A stretch of DNA of 63,419 nucleotides, filler included, from Basidiobolus ranarum (GCA_040143965.1; 53 parts of 53 records of this genome joined end to end with filler, not necessarily neighbours in it); one strand, 5' to 3'. Positions 36,014 to 49,080 are shown, counted from the first letter of the whole stretch. Translations and numbers: made by a program. The notes: generated from the letters alone by a model not told the origin.

Positions 36014-37111
36014 AATAACGCATGCCAAATTTGAGGATCAATATTTTAACATGTATGAATACCATTAAGATACCGTCAAGAAACTGCCATCACACCATCA
36101 AAATCCCTGGCAGAATGCAAGCCAACAATATTGTGATGGTTCTCAGATGGTTTTGCTATTTTGAAGGGTGGATGCAATCCGGATCAAATTGATTTTATTT
36201 TTGTTAGGGTTAGCGAACTCAATAGTCAAGTCTTGTCAAGGTAAATCAAAACTTTGGCACAAAAGCTGCACTTAGCACTATGGGCTGACAGGATCACTAC
36301 AAAGAGAACAACTGCAATGTCACTATACAGACTGATATAAGGACAAGAGTGCATCCTTCCCATTGAAACTGAAGTCACAACTTGGAACACTTTGATCTGC
36401 AAGGTTTACATGCCCACCAAAATATTTCTCACCAACAGGATAGCCCAAATTGACAGACACCATGTTGATGTAGAAAAAGCTGCTGAAGAACTGAAGAAAG
36501 CCAGAAATGCTAACTAGGAATACTTTTGGCAAAAACCATCCCCTCCAACTAAAGCCACTACAAGCCAATGATATTGTCCTGGAATATGATTCCACCCTTG
36601 ACAAACAATGCAGAGGACCATACAAAATTGTTAAAGTTGTAGGTAATGGAAGTTATTACATAGCTGAACTTGATGGACCAGAACTCAGACTACCAGTTAC
36701 AGGGAACCAACTGAAGTGGAAGATTCTACAATCTTCTGGAACATTCTACAAGATTCTTGGAATATATGTTAATTGTTTCAATGTTGACCAATCAAAACTT
36801 GATTTTTCCAGAATATGCTAAGACTTTCTGGATTAATCTACAACCTGATGGAACATTCCAAGGACTACCAATCTCATGATTTATGTTGATATCATAAACC
36901 CAGATCCCCACCAATAGAATTCTCTGGAACTTTCCGGAAATTGTCATCAGTAATCACTTCAACCTTCAGAAAAGCATAAACCCTAACAAAAATAAAATCA
37001 ATTTGATCCGGATCGGATCCACCCTCCGAAATAGCAAAACTGTCAGAGAACCGTCACAATATTGTTGGCTTGCATTCTGCCAGGGATTTTGATGGTGTGA
37101 TGGTGGTTTCT
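36014..37111. mobile_element. Two inverted CACTA end-A copies (36014-36209, 36981-37111) flanking a gypsy integrase C-terminal fragment (+)
   Basis: TTTTTGTTAGGG and CCCTAACAAAAA termini; LWADRITT, GPYKIVKVVGNGSYYIAELDG. Confidence 0.85.
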
Positions 37112-37211
37112 NNNNNNNNNNNNNNNNNNNNNNNNNNNNNNNNNNNNNNNNNNNNTTAATTAATTAANNNNNNNNNNNNNNNNNNNNNNNNNNNNNNNNN
37201 NNNNNNNNNNN

Positions 37212-38309
37212 AACATAACAAGATTCTGGTATTTTATGATTCTCATTATGGCTGTAACATAAAGCCTAATATATCTAAATATAGGCATGGATATTAATTC
37301 AAATTCCTACAGCAGTAAACCCACTAATTTGCCATTTGAAAATTAGAGTTTTGCAAAAATTGCTGGAAATTCAATAGAGCATGCCAAATATGAGGATCAA
37401 TATTTTAACATGTATGAATACCATCGAAAACTGTCAAGAAGCCACCATCTCAACATCAAAATCCCTGGCAGAATGCAAGCCAGCAATATCATGATAGTTC
37501 TCTGATGGTTTTGCACTCCAGAAGGGTGGATCTGGTCTCGATCAAATCAATTTTATTTTTGTTAAGGCAATGTTTAATTCAATTAGATTCATTTCAGCAA
37601 TTTCTTCCAATAATCAGTTTGTTATTTATCAAATGGATATTATACTGCATTTTTGAATGATGAGCTTTCTGAGGAGATCTCTAGGGATCAGCTGGATGGA
37701 TTTGTGTACCCAGAAAGCCATAAAAAGTTGGCAGACTCTGAAAAAAATGCTATGGCTTAAAACAATCTCCAAGAGCTTGGAATAGCAAGATAGATGCTTT
37801 TTTAGAAATAATCAAATCCAAAAGAGTAATGGTGACTGTTGTGTCCACTTCAGGCCAGATAAGATAAAACCAGCTTTATTAGCCCTGCATGTTGATAACC
37901 TTATTATAGTAACCAATGACTCAAAGACTCAGGAGAGAACAAATCCAGCTTTTCTGCCAAACGCAAAATGGCTAATCTTGGTGAACTGATGATTTATCTT
38001 GGAATACAAATTATAATAGATAGAATTACCATAACAATAGCTTTAAACCAGTTTAAGTATACACTAGATATACTAAAGAAGCTCTAACAAAAAGAATGTA
38101 GTCCAGTATCTACCATAATGAAGACAAATCACAACTTGACCAAAAAAGGCTTGAAGCAGATATTCTTGGATTCAAATTAAAGCCCAAAAGTTTCTTATCA
38201 ATAGACTTGTTCCATTTTATTGAGCCAGATCAGGCCAGCTAAAAAGTGTGCCAGCACAAATTGGCATGATTGGGCACTATCCGGCACGATGTTATTTACC
38301 ATTTTGGAA
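37212..38309 (+). mobile_element. CACTA end A (to 37567), decayed copia RT (37568-38202), unclassified terminus (38203-38309)
   Basis: Internal similarity. Confidence 0.8.
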
Positions 38310-38409
38310 NNNNNNNNNNNNNNNNNNNNNNNNNNNNNNNNNNNNNNNNNNNNTTAATTAATTAANNNNNNNNNNNNNNNNNNNNNNNNNNNNNNNNNNN
38401 NNNNNNNNN

Positions 38410-39506
38410 TATCCTGTTGTAGATCTCCTGTCTTCAATATCTCTTCCCCAATTTGCATCTGAATATCCCATCAGATCAAAGTTTGATCCAGAATATGTGT
38501 ATTTTAAGCATAGATCCACAATACCTTTCAAATATCTGAAAATCCACTTAACTGCAATGATTTGATCAGATCCATAATTTTGAAGGTATTGCCACATAAC
38601 TACCACAGAATAAGCAATATCTAGCCATGTTCCAACCATGATATACATCAAACTACCAACCATAGATTGATAAGGAAATTTCTGGCTTTCATTTGAATCA
38701 AAAATGTCTGATTTGAGCCATTTTTGGTCAAGTTAAGATTTGTCTCCATTAGGGTAGATATTGTATTATATTCTTCTATTTTAAACTTCTTCAGTATATC
38801 TAGGATATACTTGGACTGGTTTAAAGTTATTGTTTTGGTAGTTCTATCTATCTTAATTTGGATTCTAAGATAGTACATCAGTTCACCAAGATCAGTCACT
38901 TTGAATTTGGCAGATAAGCTGGATTTGGTTTTCTCCAAAGTCTTCAAGTCTTTGGTTGTTATAACAAGGTCATCTACATATAAGGCTAATAAAACTGGGT
39001 GTGTCTTATCTGGCCTGAAGTAGACACTATAGTCAGTATTACCCTTTTGGAATTTGAGTGTTTCTAAAAAAGTGTCTATCTTGCTATTCCAAGTTATTAG
39101 AGATTGTTTTAAGCCATAGAGTGTTTTCCAGAGTCTGCAAACTTTTCAGGGTTTTCTGGGTCCACAAATCCATCAGGCTGGTCCCTACAGATCTCCTCAG
39201 TAAGCTTACCATTCAAAAAAGCAGTTTTAACATCCATTTAATGTATAATAAACTGACATTTAGCTGAAATTGCTAAAATCAATCTAATTGAATTAGACTT
39301 TGCTACATGAGCAAAAGTTTCTGTATAATCTGTTGCTGGTGTTTGCAAATAGCCTTTGGCTATTAGTCTAGCCTTGTGTCTTTCTATATTGTCATCAGAG
39401 TTGTATTTAACTTCAAACACCCATTGGCAGCCAATTGATTTTCGCTCAGCAGGTAAGTTGGTTAAAATACAAGTTTGATTACCAATCAAAGCCTGGTACT
39501 CATCAG
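38410..39506 (-). mobile_element. Copia RT-RNaseH, decayed
   Basis: KARLIAKGY, VGSLMYIMVGT, GYSDANW. Confidence 0.93.
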
Positions 39507-39606
39507 NNNNNNNNNNNNNNNNNNNNNNNNNNNNNNNNNNNNNNNNNNNNTTAATTAATTAANNNNNNNNNNNNNNNNNNNNNNNNNNNNNNNNNNNNNN
39601 NNNNNN

Positions 39607-40703
39607 GAGATAAATTTTGTGCATTTATCATAGAACTTGCCATTTCTATTATAATCCTGTTAGCTCTTTCAGCAACTCCATTTTGTTGAGGTGAATAGGG
39701 GGCAGTAGTTTCTTGCTTAATTCCATGAACTTTGCAAAAGTGCTTAAATAGTGTAGAAGTATATTCTCCAACATTATCAGCAGGTATTTTCTTCATTTGA
39801 GTTCCAGTTTCAGTCTCCACATGTTTTAAAATCTCTCAAGATAGAGAGAGCTTCTTCTTTTCTTTCCATAAAGTAGACCCAAGTGTATCTTGTATAATCA
39901 ACAATAGATGTGATTAAATATCTTTTTCCACCTAAAGATAAATTTTGCATAGGTCCACACAGATCTGAACAAATTAGATCCAATTTTTTGACAGATTTAA
40001 TTAAACCAGAGCTCTTGAATGGTTGCCTGGCTTGCTTTCCATATATATAACCCTCACAAATTTCCATTTAGGTTGGGGGGTTAGTTGGAATTCCAGAAAG
40101 TAGGCAATTTTTGATCATTTAGCTCAAATAATCAAATCCAATATGGCCAAATCTCTTATGACTTAATTGAATAGTTTCTTGATTGGAATAACCTATATTT
40201 ACACATAAACCTCTTGGATTATATGTAAGCTTGTATACGTTCTGATTGTTTTCTCCCAAAGCTAAATAATACCCATTTTGATTAGTGATGGTGCATCCTG
40301 ACTTTTCAAAATTGAATTTTAGCACTTCAGAGGTGACCTTGCATACAAATATTAAATTCTTGGCAATATTTGGAACATGTTACTCTATTTCACTTGCCGC
40401 TACCACATTGGAGGATCTTGACATAATGGGGATTGACTTTTGGTATTAGAAGCAACTTATGATAGTGTGCTTTAGTAACTTTATTCTTGAGAGTATGTAG
40501 TGACTTATATAGTAAAATAGTTAATATTTGTTTGAGATATCAAGGAGTTTGTGTAATAAAATATAATAGATAAGTGGGGGTAATAATACATACTTGTTAT
40601 ATAGATATAGAGATATTCCTATTTAGCATATGGAGGCTTTAGATATATTACTATCTGTTTTGGATATATGTACCATAACTAAAGTTAACTATGATGTTGA
40701 ATT
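39607..40703 (-). mobile_element. Copia integrase (39607-40380) plus LTR-C (~40406-40703)
   Basis: SDLCGPM, PYSPQQNGVAERANR; LTR-C similarity. Confidence 0.9.
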
Positions 40704-40979
40704 NNNNNNNNNNNNNNNNNNNNNNNNNNNNNNNNNNNNNNNNNNNNTTAATTAATTAANNNNNNNNNNNNNNNNNNNNNNNNNNNNNNNNNNNNNNNNN
40801 NNNCAGCTTAAATTTTTGACTATACACCCAACTAAGTAGTATTCGATCGCGGTTGAATACTAAGTACATAGTGCCTAATGGGAAGCTCTGGCTCCTGCTG
40901 ATCCCCTTTAGCAATATATTCTTAGGCTTATAGCTAATCTCAAGTTTTATGTTAGACTGGCCATTTGGTGAAATATTTA

Positions 40980-41900
40980 TTCACACATGTAAGCTTCTAA
41001 TTGGGTAAGAATATCAATGGCTTGAGCCATATTTAGCCAATACAGCTGCACAAGCTTTTAATTTACAGATATTTTTCATATAATTGTAGTGAAACTGCTT
41101 GTAATAATAGCACATCATTGATTTTTTTGATATATTTCAACTTTAAGCTATCAGTTTCTCATAAACACATAAGCAATCATGATCCAACTGAAGCAATTTA
41201 TGTTTTATTTAACTGCAATCCATTTTGATTATGCATGATTTGGTCAACAGTAAAGATAGGATAGTGTAAGTATTAACAATAGTTTTCAGCAGTTGCCCAG
41301 GTTTGAAGCAGTACATGCTGTTCCATTTGTGTTATTTTTGTTGTCTTCTTGATATATCCCAGGAGGAACTTTGCTTGAACCTTTGCACTGTGTTGGTTAG
41401 TTTGATCCTGCTGAAGTTCCTCTATCTTGGCCAGCATAAGTTGTGGTTTGAGGTAGGTTTGCTATGGTATATGTTGGCTTTTCTGGTCTAGCTTGCAGTC
41501 CATTTGTATCTACAGTCTCTTCTTCAGATGTGGAGCTTTCACTCAATGGGTCAGCCAGCCATTGCTGCTGGTGTGCAGTTCTACATGTTGACCCAAAATG
41601 TCTCACTTGAGGTCTGCACTTGACAGCTATTGATTCTTGAACCACAGTAGAAGCTTCATCTTTTTCAACTGGCCATGGCCATGGTTGCATGGCAGCATAT
41701 GTTTGAGCAAGTTGTCTACCTTGTGGTTTGTGTTTGGCAGTTGCTGCTTCTTCAACCGCTGTAGAAGCTTCATCTTGTTTGACTGGCTATGGCCATGGTT
41801 GCATGGCAGTATATGTTGGAACAAATTGTCTACCTCAAGGTTTGCGTTTAGCAGTTCTTGCCTCTTCAACCACAGTAGAAGCTTCATCTCTTTTGACTGG
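40980..41900 (-). repeat. Unclassified repeat family with a decayed ORF containing 114-nt (38-aa) tandem repeats
   Basis: GTAGAAGCTTCATC at 41647, 41761 and 41875; second copy at 47985-49080. Confidence 0.75.
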
Positions 41901-42000
41901 NNNNNNNNNNNNNNNNNNNNNNNNNNNNNNNNNNNNNNNNNNNNTTAATTAATTAANNNNNNNNNNNNNNNNNNNNNNNNNNNNNNNNNNNNNNNNNNNN

Positions 42001-43097
42001 AGGAATCCATATTCTGAAAAATCCACAAGCAGCCACAAATCCTCTAGCTTGGGTTAAGTTGCTTGGTGTTGGCCATGTGAGAAGTTTCTCAATCTTAGAT
42101 GGTCCTGGTGTTCTTCCATGAATGTCACATTTCTGCCCAACTATGGATATTTCTGGCATTCCAAAGTCACTTTTCTCACCACTTATAGTGAGTCCAGCTC
42201 TCTCAATTTTGGTCAAAATATGGTCATTGTCTAGTATATGGTCATATACAAATCTTCTTACTCCTGGGAGTACTTCAGTTGTGTCTTTGATAGGTGATCC
42301 TTTTATGCCAATGTCATCTACAAATACAGCTAACTTGTCTGGGATGAACTTGTAAAGGACATTGACCATCATACATTGAAACTGTGCAACAGAGTTAGTT
42401 CCACCTTGGCTAAGTCTTGTCATTCTAAGCAGCCCAAATGGAGTCTGTAGTCCAAACATGTCTCTTGAGGTTTCATCAATGGGTATTTGGTCATATCCTG
42501 AGTATAGATCATAGGTTGAATATATGGAGTCTCCTGCAAAGCTCTCTGCAAGTTCATCAATCAATGGGAGTACTGAAGCATCTCTTATTGTAACTGCATT
42601 GGTTGGCTGCATATCTTGTATGAATCTCAGTTTGCCATTCTTCTTCTTTGTGACAAACCAGCAATTGGCGTAGGGTCCATAGCATGATTCTAGGATTCCA
42701 GCTTTGATCTTACTCTTAAGAAGTGTATGTACATCTGGTTGCAGGCCTCTTGGTAGTGGGTAAGGATTAAAAGACCATGGTGTGTGTTCTACAATGTGAA
42801 ATTTTATTGGTTTCTCAAATAAGGGCAGTAGTAGTCCCATTTCCTGGTCATTGTATGCAAAGACTTGGTCATGTCTAACAATCATATCTCTGAATAGTTT
42901 AACTTCCTGAGGGCTGAGGTTGCTGTTGTCAATCTTGACAGTGCTAGTCTCTTTGGAGTTAGTCTGACACTAGTGTTGTTGTCTAGTGGTTCCCTTTCTA
43001 TATTGGCTGGTCTGGGTCCATCAGTGAGTGGTTCAAGGGAAGGTTTTACTTTAGTAGCAATTGTCTTGTACTTTGTCCTGACAATGGCGTCTTGTAC
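42001..43097 (-). mobile_element. Gypsy reverse transcriptase of a second, fungal-type clade
   Basis: KLRFIQDMQPTN, YDLYSGYDQ, QGGTNSVAQFQ, FVDDIGIKG. Confidence 0.93.
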
Positions 43098-43197
43098 NNN
43101 NNNNNNNNNNNNNNNNNNNNNNNNNNNNNNNNNNNNNNNNNTTAATTAATTAANNNNNNNNNNNNNNNNNNNNNNNNNNNNNNNNNNNNNNNNNNNN

Positions 43198-44294
43198 TAG
43201 GAAAGCTGCAAGACAGACTTCTTGGTGAGATAAATGGAGATATGCAGTATTATTGTTTTAGCCATGGGGTAATCTATTCAATCAATGAAACATCTACTTG
43301 TGGCAGGACATTTGTTGACTCCAAGTCAGGGATATATTGGCTGAATTCTTTATGGAAATTTGCCAAAATCCAAGAGCTTAATTTGAATTCCTACAGTAGT
43401 AAACCCGGTAATTTGCCATTCAAAAATTATATTTCTGCAAAAACTGCTGGATATTGAATCACACATGCCAAATTTGAGGATCAATATTTTAACATGTATG
43501 AATCCCGTTAAGTTACCATCAAGAAACCCCCATCACACCATCAAAATCCCTGGCAGAATGCAAGCCAATGATATTGTGACAGTTCTCTGACGGTTTGGCT
43601 ATTTCAGAGGGTGGATCCAATCCAGATCAAATTGATTTTATTTTTGTTAGGGTATGGCTGGTCCAGTGACCGTGACTGATGCTATCCACCAGGCAGTCAA
43701 ATGCAACAACCAGTTGTTTGAAAGACAACAACAAAGAAATATGATTCCTTTCTTCTCTCCTTCATCATCTACTTTCAGACCCCCCTTCCATTAAACACAA
43801 AATACAGCTCAAGCTGATGACCCAATACCTAACAAAAATAAAATCAATTTGATCCAGATTGGACTCACCCTCCAAAATAGCAAAACCATCAGAGAACCAT
43901 CATAATATTGTTGGCTTGTATTCTGCCAAGGATTATGATGGTGTGATGATGATTTCTTGATGGTACCTTAATGGTATTCATACATGTTAAAATATTGATC
44001 CTCAAATTTGGCATGCCTTATTCAATATCCAGCAATTTTTGCAAAAATATAATTTTCAAATGGCAAATTACTGGGTTTACTGCTGTAGGAATTCAAATTA
44101 GTATGCATGCCTTTATTTAGATATTTTAGGCTTTGTACTCCAGCCATAATGAGAATCAAAAAATACAAGAATCTGGTTGTGTTTAGTCTCTACATATGCA
44201 CATATTGGACTGATTAGACATAACTCAACAACATCAATATGCTTTACAGGCAAACTAACTGTGGATAAATTGCTAAATATCCAAAATTTTGAAT
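43198..44294. mobile_element. Two inverted CACTA end-A copies (43198-43652, ~43828-44294) 175 bp apart
   Basis: TTTTTGTTAGGG and CCTAACAAAAATAAAATC; both carry transposase 3'-end sequence. Confidence 0.87.
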
Positions 44295-44394
44295 NNNNNN
44301 NNNNNNNNNNNNNNNNNNNNNNNNNNNNNNNNNNNNNNTTAATTAATTAANNNNNNNNNNNNNNNNNNNNNNNNNNNNNNNNNNNNNNNNNNNN

Positions 44395-45491
44395 ATGTAA
44401 GTTTGTATAAGTCTGATCCTTTTCTCCTGAAGCCAAATATTACCCATTTCGATCAGTGATGATGCATCCTGACTTGTCAAAATTGAATTTTAGCCCTTCT
44501 GCGGTGGGCTTGCATAAATATATTGAATTCTTGGCAATATCTGTAACAAATAGCACATCTTTAAAAGTATCCACTTTCTCTTCAGAAACTTCAATAAATT
44601 GACTTAAATTGTTCCCACCCCAATAGCATCCAATGTGCAGCCATCTCTCATGAAAACCTTTTAATTGGGATTTCCTAAAAATCCACAAATCAATGTTTTT
44701 CATTTGTGGAATGTTAGAAAGCTCCAGATTCAATATACTAGATCTGAGCGTTCTTGTTGGTAGTCATAGATGGAGCAGATATGAACAAGTGATCTTCTGC
44801 TGTAGCCACATCTCCAGATTAAGTATGTTTTTCTTCTTTAGTAATTCTTTTAAAGCAATCCTTGCTTAAATGGCCAGTTCTTTTATAGTAGTCCCAGAAT
44901 GTGTTACTTTTCTTCTTAAAGTGCTTTGTACATTTATAGGAAGGTTTCCCATAGCTTATTAAAGCATTTCCTTCATTTTTTTGGTTGGATCCTGATTTGC
45001 CTAACTGTGACAGAAAATTGAGGATTGTAATTGTAAGAAAACTGTCACAATTTTACTCTATTTGAGATTGACTGTTTACTTACCATCATAAAATCATCAG
45101 GTTAGATTTGATTTTAATCAATTTTTTTGGTTTCAGGAGTAAAATTTTAAGATCTCACAAAATAGTAGCACATGATTACCTACATTCTCAGACAACTATG
45201 GATTAACACATGTGCACAAAACATAGCTATCTGGAGGTTGCTGTCATGATTCTAATCTTGGCATACTGATCCACTGCAAATAGATCTCTTCTATTATTAG
45301 AGTATGACATCATATCTGCTGTGACATCCCTTCTTGGCAATCTTGTGTTAGTTTATCCGGATTACCTTATATGGAAGTTATGCTCTTTGGAACATTCCAT
45401 GAATCCTAACCAATCATGTCATCCCACACATATTGTATTTCCACCAAGACCTTCCATGGAAGGTCACCTGATCATCCTTACATCATTCCTC
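44395..45491. mobile_element. Copia gag-protease (-, to ~45005), CACTA end B (~45007-45225), gypsy LTR 5' part (+, 45242-45491)
   Basis: Similarity to 19850-20325, to end B, and to the reverse complement of 9400-9517. Confidence 0.8.
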
Positions 45492-45621
45492 NNNNNNNNN
45501 NNNNNNNNNNNNNNNNNNNNNNNNNNNNNNNNNNNTTAATTAATTAANNNNNNNNNNNNNNNNNNNNNNNNNNNNNNNNNNNNNNNNNNNNAGTGGCTTG
45601 TATTTACGTTGTTTCAACTAG

Positions 45622-46663
45622 ATGTGAATGCGATGGATTATTACCGTGCACTTGCCAATGTAGAGGAAATATCTGAACGAGCTTTGGATTTAACCTCCTA
45701 CGTTATTGAGATGAATCCAGCTCATTACACTGTTTGGTATTGAAATACTACGAAATAGTCTCTTTCAACTGTTGAATCGCATATTGAAACTGTCAATCTC
45801 TTCTAGGATTTATCGTGAAAAGTTATTGTTTGCTCTGAATAAGGACCTAACGGAAGAACTAGATTTCATTGATGAATTCGCCGAGGAAAACCCGAAATGC
45901 TATCAATTATGGTATGTAGCAGTTTATGTGGCTCATAGAGTATTATTTAAACTTTGAATAGGCATCATCGACAAGCTGTTGTGGACAAATTAGGGGACCC
46001 AAGTAGAGAGTTGAACTTTATCAATGGTATTTTGGCTGACGACTCGAAAAATTACCACGCATGGAGTTATAGGTGAGTTCAGTGTGTAGACTCTATCCAT
46101 TGATCACTATATTGATTCAAAGTTCACAAATATGAAAATTTAGACAATGGGTTAATTCTCGATTCGAACTCTGGGACCAAGAGCTCAGTGATATTGACTC
46201 TTTGCTAGCAGCCGATATTCGAAATAACTCTGCATGGAATCAAAGATTCTTCGTATTTACCAAAGGACCAAATAAGCTTACCGCAGAAACCATTGAAAGC
46301 GAAATTCCGTTAGTATGAACTGGTTCAATAGACTTCTCGAACAGTAGTGACTTATATTCTCAAACAATCTAGCTATGTCATCTCTAAAATTCGTCTGGCT
46401 CCTCACAACGAAAGTCCTTGGACATACCTTCGAGGGTAGAAAAAACTCTATATTAATGACTGACCGATTGATCATTAACTGTTAATTGTTGTTTATGGTT
46501 TAGAATCGTTGAGTACACTGGATACGAAAAGCTTGATTTCATTGGAGACCTTTGTCAAGAGTTAAAGGACTCGCAATCTCCATACATGTTCGGTACGTTG
46601 GTGGATATTTGTGAAAAGAAAGCGCGCAAAGGTGACAAGCAGTCAATTGATTTGGGTGTTGCT
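45622..46663 (+). CDS. RAM2: Protein farnesyl/geranylgeranyltransferase type-I alpha subunit, six internal exons
   Basis: Exons 45622-45736, 45807-45911, 45962-46072, 46144-46308, 46373-46435 and 46504-46663 join in frame: NPAHYTVW, PKCYQLWHHR, DSKNYHAWSYRQW, DIRNNSAWNQR, PHNESPWTYLRG (PFTA repeats). Confidence 0.93.
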
Positions 46664-46788
46664 GTAAGTAATGTAGTCTATGATTAATNNNNNNNNNNNN
46701 NNNNNNNNNNNNNNNNNNNNNNNNNNNNNNNNTTAATTAATTAANNNNNNNNNNNNNNNNNNNNNNNNNNNNNNNNNNNNNNNNNNNN

Positions 46789-47884
46789 CTGCATTTCCAA
46801 ATGTGGCCTTCAGTTCAGCAAGAAAGGCAAGAAAGTCTGACAGAAGTGGAGATTGACTTTCCATCAAAGGAGCAAACCAAGATAGAGCTGTTCCTGATAA
46901 TAGTGTTCCCACTGAGCCTACTTTTGTTTGATAAGGGGGGTAGCAATGGGGATGTAACTGGATGATGAGCTTTACTTGGTAAATAAAGCCACTATAGTTT
47001 TGGTGAGTGCCATCAAACTTATTTGGTAAGGAGATTTTGGGTTCAGGAGTTGAAATTGCATTAGAGTTGGGTGGAGCTGGACTCTGTACTTGAGCAATAG
47101 AAGCACAAAGCTCTTGATTTTCTTGCTGAAGCTGAGTAAGAGCTTGCATAATATCTTCCATTGTGGGGGCTGGCATAGAGATAATACTTATTATTTTGGG
47201 AGGGGGAAGTTTTAAAAACCACAAGTTTCTCTAGGAATGATAATCACAATGCAATGTCCAACTTTCTGTTGAAGAAATGATTGGTGCCTTAACAAAAGAA
47301 TATGCTGGTATCAACGTCCTTTGATCTTGATCAAGCACTAAAGCTTCTTTGTTCAAAAACAACTATAAACTCAACCAGTAGTGTCTTGACAAGGATGCAC
47401 TTAGAGCAATTATCTAAAGGTGGAAGGTACCTTTGCCTTAGCAGGGAAGCTTGGGAAAGATGGGGAATAAGAGGGAAGCCAACCTTGGGGGGTTTCAAGG
47501 TTGGAGAACAGGGATGGAGAGAAGTCTACAGGCAAGTATAAGTAGTCCAATCAAACTGGCACAATAAGGAACTAGACAAGGACTGGGAACATTGACAAAA
47601 GGCTAGAAGGCAGGAGAGTACCTGAGTGTAGACCACAAGACAAGACAAGACAAGACTGAACAGGGAAGATACTTAGGCAAGAATCTTTATTGATAACTGG
47701 CATTAATCAGACTGAGGTCTGATCAAGGAATACATGGGGCTTATATAGATATTGCAAGGTGAAACACAATATACTGAATAGGGAATATACTGTGGCAAGT
47801 TTGAGAGTTGGGATGTTAGGGACTACAAGGACCAATACAAAGAGGAATGATATAAGGATGATCAGGTGACCTTCTACGGAAGGT
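46789..47884 (-). mobile_element. Sushi/Tf1-like gypsy 5' LTR (47557-47884), PBS (47544-47554), leader and gag N-terminus (~47175-46789)
   Basis: PKISLPNKFDG...KVG..LLSGTALSWFAPL (sushi/Peg10-type gag). Confidence 0.88.
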
Positions 47885-47984
47885 NNNNNNNNNNNNNNNN
47901 NNNNNNNNNNNNNNNNNNNNNNNNNNNNTTAATTAATTAANNNNNNNNNNNNNNNNNNNNNNNNNNNNNNNNNNNNNNNNNNNN

Positions 47985-49080
47985 CTGCATTACAAAACAC
48001 CAGTAGTTTGGGCACACTGGTGACAAATCGCAGCACTCAATGATGGATCAATCTGCAGTATGATAGTAGTGATCAGGATTGCTTGATTCATCATTTTTAG
48101 ATCAGCAAATTATTCATTCAATCATGAAAGCTTCTAATTGGGTGAAAATGTGAACGGATTAATGCATATTGAGCCAATACAGCTGTGCAAGCTTTTTATT
48201 GACAGACATTTTTCATTTGATTGTCGTGAAATTACTTGTATTAATAGGCTATCATTGATTTTTTCATATATGACAATTTCACGCTATCAGTGTTTCATAA
48301 ACACATACGCAATTGTGATCTGACTAAAGCAATTTATGTTATATTTAACTGCAATCCATATTGACTTTGCATGATGCACTTAACAGTAAAGATAGGATAA
48401 TGTAAGTATTAATAAGAGTATTCAGCAGTTGCCTAGGTTAGAAGCAGTATATGCTGATTTGCTTCTGTTACTTTTGTTGTCTCCTTGATATTTCCATGGA
48501 AGGAACTTTGCTTGAATCTCTGTGCTGAGTTTGTTGGTTTGATCCTGCTGAAGTTCCTTTACCTTGGCCAGCATGAGTTGTGGCTTGACATCAATGCACT
48601 GTGGTATGTGTTGGCTTGTCTGGTCTAGTTTGTGGTTTGCTTGTATCTACAGTCTCTTCTTCAGATGTGGAGCCTTCACTTAATGGGTCAGCCAGCCATT
48701 GCTGCTGGCACGCAGCTCTATGCGTCAATCCAGAATGTCTCACTTGAGGTTTGTGCTTGACAGTTATTGCTTCTTCAACCACGGTAGAAGCTTCATCTCT
48801 TTCAACTGGCCACCGTGACCTCTGTTGCATGGCAGAATGTGTTGGAGCAAGTCATCTACCTTGAGGTTCATGTTTGACTGTTGTGGCTTATTCAAGCTCA
48901 GTAAGAGCTGCACTATCTCTCTCAAACACCTGTTGTCTTGGTCTTGTGGGGGTACGCATTGTAATGGACTGCTGTCTTAGTAGATTGCTCTCAGGTGTCA
49001 GATCTTCATCCAACAAAGTGGAAGGTTCAATAATTCTTGTGGTTGGCCTTTGTTGCTGTTGTATGGTTGTATGCATTAAA
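47985..49080 (-). repeat. Second copy of the unclassified repeat family of 40980-41900
   Basis: QQQWLADPLSE.STSEEETVDT shared; fewer 114-nt units. Confidence 0.75.
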
